Origin: Hyaloraphidium curvatum SAG 235-1
Taxonomy: Eukaryota > Fungi > Monoblepharomycota
Direction: 5' to 3'
DNA length: 64,000 bases
Assembly (NCBI GenBank): GCA_025558095.1
Contig: JAIVFI010000020.1
Span: 645,541-709,540 of the forward strand
Under the pieces are notes generated by a model, which saw nothing but the letters and a program-made list of their open reading frames with translations, had not been told where the DNA came from and ran no database searches. Below are positions 48,811 through 59,431 of the stretch, in pieces. The translations under genes and the position numbers were made by a program. The first letter of the stretch is position 1, and the number at the start of each line of letters is the position of its first letter.

Positions 48811-50862
48811 ATGGCCGCACCCGCCGTTACGGTCACGGTTTCCGAGCCCGCCGCGCCGGAGCTGCCGCCGCACGCGCGGCTGGAGGGCGAGAAGCTGGAG
48901 GACGCCGTCGGCGTGCGCGATGCCTTCAAGGTGGGCCGCCGGCCACCGCCTCGCCGGCCGCTCTGACCCGCGCGGCGCGATCAGGAACTCGACAAGGCGA
49001 CGTTCACGAAGGCCCACGTCCGCGCCGTGGTCGTGGCGGGCACGGGGTGGGTCGGCCGGCCCCGGTGGCCGAACCGCCGCTGACGGCGCCACCTCCCTGA
49101 ACAGCTTTCTGACGGACTCGTACGACAACTTTGTCATCGGCTTGATGGTGGGCGAGCTGCCCGGAGCGCGATTCGGGCCCGCAGGGTGCTGATCCCGCAT
49201 CCCCGATGCGCAGGTGCCCATGATCGCCTATTCGTACCTCGGCCCCTCGTCCGGCGGCGCCCTGTCGAGCGTCGCCGACGGCTTCGTCAAGGCCGCCTCG
49301 TCGTACGGCAACCTCGTCGGCCAGCTCGGCTTCGGCATGCTCGGCGACGTGCTCGGCAGGAAAAAGGTCTACGGCGTCGAGCTCATGATCCTCGTCCTCG
49401 GTGCCCTGTGCACGGCCATGGTCGGCACCACCGCCTCGGGCGGCTTTACCGCGTTCCTCGTCATCCTGGCCTGGTGGCGCTTCGTGCTCGGCGTCGGCGT
49501 CGGCGGCGACTACCCGGTCTCGGCAGTCATCACCTCGGAGTTTGCCTCGGTGCAGCGCCGTGGCGCCATGATCGCCACCGTCTTTGCCATGCAGGGCGTC
49601 GGCATCCTTCTCGGCTCCCTCGTTGCCGTCATTACTCTCGCCGCGGCCAAGAACAACATCAACGAGAACCTGGCCTACATGGACGTTTGCTGGCGCATCC
49701 TCGCCGCCTTCGGCATCGTCCCCTGCTCGGCCGCCATCTACTTCCGGCTCACCATCCCCGAGACCCCGCGCTTCTCCGCCGACGTGCTCGGCGACGAGAA
49801 GACCGCCGCGGACGACGCCAAGCGCTTCCTCGACGCCGGCGCCCCCACCGGCAAGGAGATCGAGGTCGAGGCCGGCGGCCGCCGCCGCTCGGTCGTCGTC
49901 GAGGAGCACGTGGACTACCGCCGGCGCCCGCAGTACAAGTACTTTGGCGAGCTGCGCGAGTACCTCTCGATCCGCCAGAACTGGATGACCCTGCTCGGCA
50001 CCTCCATGACCTGGTTCCTGCTCGACATTGGTTTCTACGGCACCAACCTCAACACCTCGGTCGTGCTCTCGGCAATCGGCTTCGCCGACGCGTCGACGCC
50101 CTTCAACGACGTGTGGTCCCGCGCCGTCGGCTCTTGCATCATCGCGCTCGCCGGCAACGTGCCCGGGTACTGGTTCACCGTGGCATTCGTCGACCGCTGG
50201 GGCCGCAAGCCGATCCAGTACATGGGATTCGGGATGCTCGTCGTGTGCTTTGCGATCCTCGCGGGGGCGTACTACCAGATGAAGGCCAACGCGACGTGGG
50301 CGTTCGTGATGGTGTACGCGTTCGCGCAGTTCTTCTTCAACTTTGGACGTGGGTTGGCTGCCGGCCTCCTCCTCGTTCGCCTGCTGACATCCCCCCCTCG
50401 GACAGCCAACTCGACGACCTTCATCATCCCCGCCGAGTGCTTCCCCACCCGCGTGCGCTCCACCTGCCACGGCATCTCGGCGGCCTCGGGCAAGCTTGGC
50501 GCCATCCTCGCCGCGCAGTGCTTCTCGCTGCTCGCCAACATCGGCGGCAAGAACGCCTGGATGCCCAACCTGCTGTGGATCTTCACCGCGTGCATGGCGC
50601 TCGGGGGGGCGTTCACGTACCTGGTGCCCGAGACCAAGGGCAAGACGCTGGAGGAGCTGGGCGGGGACGACCCGCTGCTGCTCGACGAGGGTGGGTTCCG
50701 CCTAGGATGGCACAGGAAGGCACGGGCTGACAGATCCACCCCGCAGGGATCCACTCGGGCAAGGCGTTCCCGTCGATGGCCGACGAGGAGCTCAAGAAGG
50801 AGGTCGGCCGCGCGGAGGAGCAGCTCCGCACGGTCGAGGCGGACAAGGTCGCGGATGTGTAG
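48811..50862 (+). CDS. PHO84: MFS phosphate:H+ symporter, copy 2 (inverted paralog)
   Basis: Same motifs and intron positions as copy 1; core nearly identical at nucleotide level. Confidence 0.95.
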
Positions 50863-50994
50863 GCCCGATCTTGCGCGGGGAAGGCGGGCCTGCGGGCAAG
50901 GGCGGTGGTGCATGTTGAGTGTAGGCAGCTAGTGGCGCGATGGATATCTAGAGATCGGGGACAGATATTTCCGTTCGGTATCGCTTGCCCCCTT

Positions 50995-51210
50995 CTAGGC
51001 TTTTTGACCGACGTCGACGCCGGCCACCGGGCGTTCCCTCTGGATCCGCTCCAGCATCATCCTCGTCCTCGGGTCCGCCATCCCCGCGGTCCACCCCGCC
51101 CGTCCTCCCCCGGCGGCCCCGGGGTACCAGCTCCCCGCGACCTCGTGCACGAGCCCGTCCAGGTGCGCCGACATGTTGGCCACCTGCACGCGGAGGACGT
51201 CCCGAGCGAG
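50995..51210 (-). pseudogene. Relic 3' end of a paralog of the 57396-58574 gene
   Basis: QVANMSAHLDGLVHEVAGSWYPGAAGGG..DPRTRMMLERIQRERP matches QIADMSAHLDGLVGEVARRWYPGAAGGG..DLRTRMMLERIQRERP. Confidence 0.85.
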
Positions 51211-51541
51211 GAGAAGGTTCCGAGGCCGCGGGGGAAGAAATTCCGAAAGCGTCCGGTGGGCCGCAGGCGACCGATCCGTCCGTCGCGGCACGGTTGCCCC
51301 GTCCCTTTTGGGACTCTTTCGGGTGGTGCAGGCGCATTGTCGGCCACCTGGATCCGGGATTCTGCGCAGCATTACAGAGCGGCGGTCATTTTGCCAGCAA
51401 GTATGAGCCCGTCAGCCTCGTGCCAGCCCGGACGGACGCATCCGGCGCGCCCGGGCGAGGGCGGCCGACGAGTGCAGAAACTCACGGCTGGCAGCCGCGG
51501 GCCCAGACAAGGCCGGCGCCCAACCCCCAACACCCCGCGCG

Positions 51542-54500
51542 ATGGCCACCGAGGTCGGCGTCCTCGCGGGGACGACGTCGCCGTCGGCGTGCCTGCAGTG
51601 CTATGTCAAGCGTGGGTCGCCCGGCGGAGAGGGAAGGCTGCGCTGACTCGTTCTCCCCCCCGCGCGGCTCCTGCCCCCATCTCCCAATATAGGGAAGGCG
51701 TGCGACCGTGCGGTGCCGCAGTGCGGCCGGTGTGCCCGCAAGAAGGGCGGCGCCGCGACGTGCACGTACCGGGCGGACGGGGCGCCGGCCCTCGCCGTGA
51801 CCGCCACCCGGGAGGACTTCATGCGGGCGCAGGGCGAGGGCGGCGGCGCCAGGAGGGCGTGCGAGTCCTGTCGGAGGGACAAAAAATCCTGCAGCGGCGA
51901 GGCGGCGGGCTGCGAGCGGTGTCGGACGCGCGGCGTGGCGTGCACCTTCCCGGAACTGCCGGCCCACGCCGCGGGGCAGAACGGGGCCGTGCGCAACCGG
52001 CCGTCGCGCAGAAGGCCCTTGGCGACTTCGGACTCGCCGTACGGCGACCCCAAAATCCCCCCGGGTTCGCCCTCGATCGCCTTCCCGACCTCGCTGGTGC
52101 TACCCGGCTTCGGAAGCCCCGACCCGGAGTCCGGCGCCCTCGCCGCCGCCTTCGACGCCGATCACGTCTCCTGGGACTCGGAGCGATCTGCGGCAGCGAT
52201 GGTGCGTACGTTCGGGGCCGGCATTGCTCCGCGAACGCAGGCCGCCCGTTCGGACCATTCCTTCCCCGCCGTCGTGCCCGCTGCGGACCTCGATGGCCTC
52301 CTCAAAACCCCCTTTTCCAGCGCTGGCAGCCCCCTGTACGGCGAGGGCAGCGCCCTGCCGCCAGGCTTCTCCATCCCTTCGCTGCCCGTTTCGGGCCTGG
52401 GCACCGCGGGACCCGGCCACATCCCCGACCGCGCGGGGTCGGCCGACGTCGCCGAGTCGATGTTTGCCGCCTTTTTGCGCGCCCCTTCGGACGTCTGGCG
52501 CGCCGAGTCGGCGCAATTCGGGACCGGAACCGCCGGCGGCGGGCCCAACGGCGCGATCAGCCTGCGCAGCGGATCACTCGCTGGCGCTGCCCCCGCGGCG
52601 GCCGAGGGCGTCCCCCTTCCGATTCCCCCGCAGCACTCCCCCACTGGCGCCGCGTTTCCGGACGCCGACGTCGTGAACCGCTGCATCGCGTGGTACTTTG
52701 CCACCGCGGACCACACCTACGTCATGCTCCATCGGGGCCTCTTCCTCTCGCGCCCCATGGCCGCGCTGCCCGTGTGCTCCATGATCCTCCTCGGCCCGCA
52801 CATGGCCCGCGAGCAGCCGTTCCCGGGATGCACGCCGCAGGCCCGGCGCGCGTGGGACCGCGCTCTTTTCGCTCGGTGCAAGGCCGAGATGCTCGCGCTG
52901 CTCTCCTCTCGCGCGCCGATCGAGCCCGAGGCCACGGCGTCGGTCATTAACCTGTATCTCTGGGCGCTCCTCGAGGGTCTGACGGTTCTGGCGCGGCGGC
53001 TGATGTGGCTGGCCAAGCGGCTCGTGGCAGCAATGGGGATGGTCGCGGACGCCGACACCATGGCGCCGCCGGCACACCTGCCCTCTTGGCGCGAGCACGC
53101 GGCGGCGCTGCTCGGGCCTGCCGCCGTGGACCCTTCCGCACCGCTTTCTCCGGGCGACCTCGAGACGCTGCGCGTCGCGTGGATTGAGTACTGGGTGCCG
53201 CACCGAATAGCCGTCCTCACCGTCTTTCTGGATTGGATGGCGGTCGACTGGGTCCGCCAGCTCGAAGGCACCTTGCAGCTCTCTGAAGCCGACCTGGCCC
53301 CACTGCGCCGCCCCAACCCGCCGATGCCGGGGGTGTGGGAGGCCTCGCACCGCCCCGGCTTCGACCCCCGCGCGCTGCCCGAACCCCGCCTGCTGTTCGA
53401 CATGCTCTCGTGCCTCGTCACGAACCCCTCGGACCCGCGGCGCGCGCGCGGGTTCGCCAAGCTGGGCCACTGCCTCGTGCACGAGCGCAAGGTCGTCGCG
53501 TGGCTGTACCTCCTCATGCGGGCCGAGGTGGACCATTTCCTCGCCGCATGCACCGCCGCGGGCCTTGCCTCCCCCGCACAGCTGCCCCACCCCGGCTCCC
53601 CACCCCCCACGGACCCGCAGCTCGCGGCCCTCGTCGCCCGCCGCGCGCGGATCGACGGCACCCTGCTCGACATCCAGCGGAGCTACCCCGACCGCATCCG
53701 CCGCGGGATGCGGGCCGGTGACGCGGGGGAGGTGCTGGTGGCGCTGATGGAGGGCGCGGGCGAGTTCTACTACGCCTTCAACCACGTGACCATGTTCCCC
53801 GCGGTGGTGCTGCTGCGGATGGAGCTCTACTCGGGGGTGGGCGTGTACCTGGCGGCCAAGACGGTGGCGGCGGCGGACCCGCAGGGGGTGCTGGCGGAGC
53901 AGGACACGCTGGCGGACGAGTACAGCACGGGAGGGATCTTCAACGAGCTGCTCGAGGACGTGAGTCAGCTGGCCTGCGACGCGCTTGGACGATGGGTCTG
54001 ATCAGTGATCCCCCATTCCCCAGGTCCTCCTCTTCACCCGGCTCCTCGAGGACTGGGTCCGCCTCAACCCCACCTTCCTGCACCACCTCGAGGCCAACGT
54101 CACCCTCGTCCTGCGGGTGTGCTCCCTCCACGCCTCCTTCCACAAGCGCTTCCGCCGCTCGATCGAAGCCGGCCGCCTCGCCCGCCTGCAGCGCTTCCAG
54201 GTGCCCGACTCGGGCGCCTCGGCGACGACCGTGGACCTCCTGGCGCAGGTCGACCGCGACCTCGCCGTGTGCATGGACGTCCTCGCGCGGTACGCAGACC
54301 GCGCCCCCTTCATGCGGGCGGTCTACAACCTTGCACAAAAGATCACCGCGGACGGGCGCATCTCGCTGGCCGAGGTGTACGAGGCGCGGAACGCGGTGGA
54401 CATTGCCCGCCCCCGGAGCGGGTCGATGGGGCCGGGGAGCCCCGAGGGGGAGGACGACGACGGGGCGATCGTGGACGAGGCGAAGCAGCTGATGAACGTG

Positions 54501-54548
54501 CTAGGGGTGTACGAGGGGCTCGGAGAGTCCCTCCGGGGCGGTGGATGA
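51542..54548 (+). CDS. Fungal transcription factor with two Zn(II)2Cys6 clusters
   Basis: Spliced ACLQCYVKRKACDRAVPQCGRC..CTY and ACESCRRDKKSCSGEAAGCERCRTRGVACTF; middle homology region IAWYF..MLHRGLF; 2 introns. Confidence 0.88.
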
Positions 54549-54622
54549 GGCAAAAGGAGACTGAGGCGGCTGCCAGGCAACCCGCTGATCCAATTCTCCC
54601 CTCCGGCGTCCACGAAGGAGGT

Positions 54623-57000
54623 CTACTCGTCCCACCTCATCCTCCCGCCGCCCAGCCACGTCTCCAGGATCGGGATGGACTTGATCTCGTCGGGCGGCAC
54701 CTCGAACGGCGACTTGGCCAAGACCACGAGGTCCGCCGACTTGCCGACCAGCAGCGAGCCCGTGATGTCCTGGAGACCAGACTGGATCGCGCCGTTGATG
54801 GTGACCGCCTTCATCGCCCTGTCGCGGGGAACGGCCGCGTGAGCCGGAACCGATCGAGTAGACGGAGAGCACGGCGGACACCCACTCCTCGACCGGGACG
54901 CACTGCTCCGGCCCGAGCACCTTGCCGTCGTAGAAGTTCTTGCGGACGACCGCCGTCTCGACGTACTGCAGCGGCTGTATCGGCGTCACCGGGTTGTCTG
55001 CCGGCCCGAAGCGCCCGCCGTCAGCCCTTCCGAACCCGTCGAGCACGCCCTCCAGCTCGTCACCCACCGCAGTGCATCGTCCACAGCACGTTGTGCTTGA
55101 TGCAGTCCCCCGCCGGATCCATCCTCTCCGCCCTCTCCGCCCCGTGGATCTTGTCCCTGTACGTGCTCCCCCAGTACAGCAGATGCTGCATCAGGAAGCT
55201 CGGCGACACGTTCAGGGCGCGCATGCGGGCGACCTGGTCCTCGCGGCAGATGGTGCAGTGCTCGATGCGGCGGCGGAAGCCGCGGCCGGTGTAGATTTCG
55301 GATTCCTGGGCGGGGCCGAAGACGGTGGAGAAGGCGTCGAGGGCCTGGTCAATGGCGGCGTCGCCGTTGGCGTGCTGTGGGGCAGCAACCCAGATCAGTG
55401 CGTCAACCTAGTTGCGAATGGCGATTGACGTGCCCAACTGGGTGCAACGCACCATCATGGCGCTGAACCCCGCCTCCTTGACGGCTTTGGTGAGTTCGAT
55501 CAGCTTGGCCTGGTCCGGGAAGTTGGGCTCCCCCACGCTGTCCGGGTGCACCTTGTACGGCTTGGTCTGGTAGGCCGTGGCCGTCTGGTTGGTCCCTAGA
55601 CGTGGGCACCGGATCAGTTCCGTCCGACTCTCCGGCCAGCAGGGTGCGGCCCACCGTCGAGGATGAACTTGATCGCGTGCAGGCTCACGAGCCCCAGCTC
55701 GTCCCGCCCGAAAAACACAGGCTCCCCCGGCGCCGCCTGCCTCCCCCCCCTCATCACCTCCACCGCGTCCCCCACGGCGGTGTACCACGGGCTCAACCCC
55801 ACGCGGCACGGCAGCCGCGCCTCGTTGACGAGCTGCAGGTACGCGCCGACGTCGCCGGCGAGCGAGCCGGCCTTCATCCCCATGGCGGCGTCGACGACGG
55901 TCGTGCAGCCCTTTTTGGCGGCGCGGGTGAGGAAGCCCTGGAGGGCGGAGATGATGAGCTCCGGGGAGGGGAGGGGGAGGATCTTGCGCATGTTGACTGG
56001 GCCGGCGGGAGGGGGTTAGCGTTCTGCAGTGGGTGGGCCGGACACGGGGGAAGACCCACAGACGGCGTCCTCGACGATGACGCCGGTGAGCTTGCCGTCG
56101 GGCCCGCGGCGGTACTCGTGGTCGCCCTTCACGGACTCCTCCGTGATCCCGGCCATCTCGAAGCACTTGGAATTGCAGTACCTGACCGAGGAGGCGCGGA
56201 TCAGCGCGCCCCGACACCCGGCAAGAGCCCGCGGCAGGACGCACCCTGTGTGGAGCGTGTTGGAGGTCACGTAGATCGGCCGCTTTGTCGGAATCCCGTC
56301 CAGGTCCGCCAGCGTCAGGGGCCGGTACGGCGGCGTGAGCGCCTCGTCGTACCCGTTGCCGAGGCACCACGCGTCGTCGGACAGCCCCTGGGCGTCCATC
56401 TCGGCGGCGCGGGCGGCGAGCCGGGCGACAGCGTCCGCGGCAGAGGAGACGGTGAAGGGGTAGAGGTCGACGGTGGTCTCGTGTATGATGCCGCCCATGG
56501 TCGGGTGCATGTCTGTGGGTGTCCACGTTGATGTCAACTGAAAGCACAACAGCGCTTCAAGACGCGGAGTCCACCCACGTGGCTCAAAGAACCCCGGCCC
56601 GACGTACTTGTCCCCCAGATCCACCACCTCTACGAACCCGCCGCTGCCGAACTTTCCCACGATCTCGTCTTTGCCCCCCACGCCCAGTATCTTCCCCGCC
56701 AGCGAGATCGCCACCGCCTCCGCCCACGGCCTTCCGGCGTCCGCCGTCCACACCTTGCCCAGCACGATGGTCCGCACCTCGTTGCCGTCGGGCGGCGGCG
56801 GCGGGATACCCCCGCGCAGCCTGAGGGTATTGTCGGTCGGGAGCGCGAGCTGCTCCGCGAACTTTGCGGTGGCCTCGTCTGCGGGCGGAGTCAGCCTGGC
56901 GCGTTTGTCCCCATCGAAGCGGCGCACCCGAGATCAGCCCCGCGGCCCACGAGCAGATGCAGCCCGAGTGCGCGTGGCGGTGCGGCGGCGATGCGGCCAT
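54623..57000 (-). CDS. Amidohydrolase_3 (YtcJ-like) metal-dependent hydrolase
   Basis: WAEAVAI, DLGDKYVGPGFFEPHMHP, GKLTGVIVE, HANGDAAID, RIEHC, NPVTPIQPL, GSLLVGKSADLVVL, ETWLGG; many introns. Confidence 0.9.
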
Positions 57001-57395
57001 GGCGGCGCGAGGGAGGGGGGAGGCAGGAGGTGAGGAGTCCCACGCGGGTGGGAGGCAAGGGACTTGCGCGCCGGCCAACGGGGATCACAGCCCGGAGGAG
57101 CTCCGAGGATGCTGCGAACACTGGTAGCCTCCGGCCGACAGGCGAACCTACCTCCGACCGCAACCGATTCCAACCCCCGGCATCCAATTGGAGAGACCCG
57201 GAGGGCCTAGCCGCGTTGCTTGAGCCACGGAATCACATCTCCGATGACCTCGAGTCGCCGAACCGCCCGTGTCTTTTATGTGGGCAGCGCACTTGGCCAC
57301 CGTGGCCGGTCCGCCGAATCCGGGTGATGGATGCGCCGCCCCGAAGCCTTCCGGATCCCCGGCCGGTCCCATCCCCCTTTTCCTCCCCCGAACGG

Positions 57396-58574
57396 ATGCG
57401 CGCGCCGCCGGGCTTGCTGACTTTCCTGCTCGGCGCCGCGTCGGCCGCGGGCCTGCTGCTGGCGCGGGAACGGCCGCCCGACACCCGCCGGGACGTCGGC
57501 CCCCTCGACCCCTCACTCGCCCTTCCGGACGGGCAGGACCCATCGCGTCCCACGCTGCCGGCAAACGCCTACTTTGTGCTCTACGCGCCGACATTTTCCG
57601 ACACCTGCGGGGGCTGCGTCGTCGTGCACGTCCTCTGCGACGCGCTCAACCGCCGCTTCGGCTCGGTCCACGCCCCGGCGGCCTACCTGCGGCCGTGGGA
57701 CGATTCCATATGGCCCGGCATGGCGTGGGCGACCAACCCGGCATACGCCACGCCGATTCTGCCGCCGTGGCTGCCGGCCGAGGACGGGATAGCCATCTAC
57801 ACCGACACCGTTCGCGGAAACCCGCTCAACGCGTCGAAGGTCGTGAGGTGGATGCTCTACTTCCGCGGGAGCCACGAGGCAGACACGAAGCCGCCGGACC
57901 GCGTGCCGGACGACCAGATCGTCGCGTGCCTGAAGCCGAGCTACTGCCGCGAGTTCCGGGCCCGGCCCACGCTACCGCTGTTCGTCTTCGACTTCCAGCT
58001 GGATTTCTACCTCAACCTGCCCACGGGGCAGCGCAACGGGACCCTCTACTTTGCGCACAAGAACCGCTACGAGGCCGGCGGGAAGCGGCTGCGGCGGGAA
58101 GCCCCGGACCTCTCGGGCAAGGACGTCCCCGTCGGGACCGGCAAGCGCGCCCGCCTGGAGCGCTTCGCCTCGGCGTCGGCGTTTGTCTCGTACGATCCGT
58201 CCACCCACCGATCCGTCGAGGCCGCGGTCGCCGGCTGCGCATCCGTGGTGGTGGCCCTGCCCGGGCTGGACAGGGAGGGCTACTTCGGGGCGTTTTCGTA
58301 CCCGAACGGGATCGGGTACGGGCTCGACGAAGCCGGATGGTCGGTGCAGTCGCGCGGGAAGCTGTTCCGCAGGGTCGGGGGGCAGATCGCAGACATGTCG
58401 GCGCACCTGGACGGGCTCGTTGGGGAGGTGGCGCGGCGGTGGTACCCCGGGGCCGCCGGCGGAGGGGACGCGGGGTCGACGACGGGGATGGAAGATCTGA
58501 GGACGAGGATGATGCTGGAGCGGATCCAGAGGGAGCGGCCGATGGCGGGCGGCGACGGGGGTGGGAAAGTGTAG
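57396..58574 (+). CDS. Intronless WavQ-like putative glycosyltransferase with N-terminal signal anchor
   Basis: YAPTFSDTCGGCVVVHVLCDALN, IYTDTVRGNPLNASKVVRWML, FVSYDP, AAVAGCASVVV, GIGYG; resemblance to bacterial WavQ-type proteins is from memory. Confidence 0.6.
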   Translation: MRAPPGLLTFLLGAASAAGLLLARERPPDTRRDVGPLDPSLALPDGQDPSRPTLPANAYFVLYAPTFSDTCGGCVVVHVLCDALNRRFGSVHAPAAYLRPWDDSIWPGMAWATNPAYATPILPPWLPAEDGIAIYTDTVRGNPLNASKVVRWMLYFRGSHEADTKPPDRVPDDQIVACLKPSYCREFRARPTLPLFVFDFQLDFYLNLPTGQRNGTLYFAHKNRYEAGGKRLRREAPDLSGKDVPVGTGKRARLERFASASAFVSYDPSTHRSVEAAVAGCASVVVALPGLDREGYFGAFSYPNGIGYGLDEAGWSVQSRGKLFRRVGGQIADMSAHLDGLVGEVARRWYPGAAGGGDAGSTTGMEDLRTRMMLERIQRERPMAGGDGGGKV

Positions 58575-58730
58575 GGCGGCGGGGGGCACGAGAACAGCAT
58601 CGGCATGTCCTCTCGGCTAGATACAAGGCGGCAATGTACACCGCGTTTTCGAGGCAGCGTTGTCATCGTTTCAAGAGTCCGGAGTCCCACGGAGCGTCCG
58701 ATGTGTCCCAGAGGCCGCCGGGCGCGACCC

Positions 58731-59090
58731 TCACTCCTCGTCCCCCGCGTTGCGCGCCGCCTTCTCGTCCCTGGCCTCCCTCCTCTTCTCCTCCCTCTTC
58801 TCCTTCCCCTCGCCCTCGACCCTCCTCGCGGCGTTGGCGAACGCGGCGTCCATCGCCGCGGTCACGTCGGTCGCCTCGCCCTCGACGTCGAGCGGGCCGG
58901 CGGCGGTCTGCAGGTGCAGCGCAACGCGGTAGCTGCCGCCCTGCTTGTGGTGCGCCGAGGGGTGCTCGACGACCATGCGGGCCGATTCGACGGTGGGGTG
59001 CGACTCGGAGAGCTTCGCGAGGGACGCGGTGCCGAGCTCGGTGAGGTGCGCCGAGGAGGGCATGCCGCGGTAGGTCACGTCGAGGGACAT
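58731..59090 (-). CDS. hpf: HPF/RaiA (S30AE) ribosome-associated protein homolog, 119 aa
   Basis: MSLDVTYRGMPSSAHL..SLAKL..VESARMVVEHPSAHHKQGGSYRVALHL..DVTAAMDAAFANAARRV fits the beta-alpha-beta-beta-beta-alpha HPF pattern. Confidence 0.8.
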   Translation of the reverse strand: MSLDVTYRGMPSSAHLTELGTASLAKLSESHPTVESARMVVEHPSAHHKQGGSYRVALHLQTAAGPLDVEGEATDVTAAMDAAFANAARRVEGEGKEKREEKRREARDEKAARNAGDEE

Positions 59091-59431
59091 TACGGGCGGC
59101 TGTGGCGGGGAGCGGAAGGGCGGGAGATGGCGGCGGAGGGGGCGATGGGGTCCGGAGACGGTTTGTTTCGTGGCAGGGTGGCGCAAGCGGAGGAGTCAGG
59201 CCGGAACCCCCGTAGGAGGGACCCACGGATGGATGGCCGATCAGCGAGGCATATATGTAGGATGCTTCGCAAAGATGGATGGAAATGGGATTCACCTTAA
59301 TTGCCGCTTCTGCGGGTGGCGAGCAACCAGTTCGCGAGAGCACGTTCGGAGTGCCCGTGCTCTGCGCCGATTTTAGGTGAAGCCGGGCGTGAAACGATAT
59401 CAAACGGGAGATTTGCGTCGGACATCCTTCT

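Noticed and set aside
17957-59090. Bacterial contamination explaining MscL, antiporter, amidohydrolase and HPF
   Set aside because: Most carry spliceosomal introns, and all are interspersed with fungal-specific genes on a telomere-ending contig.
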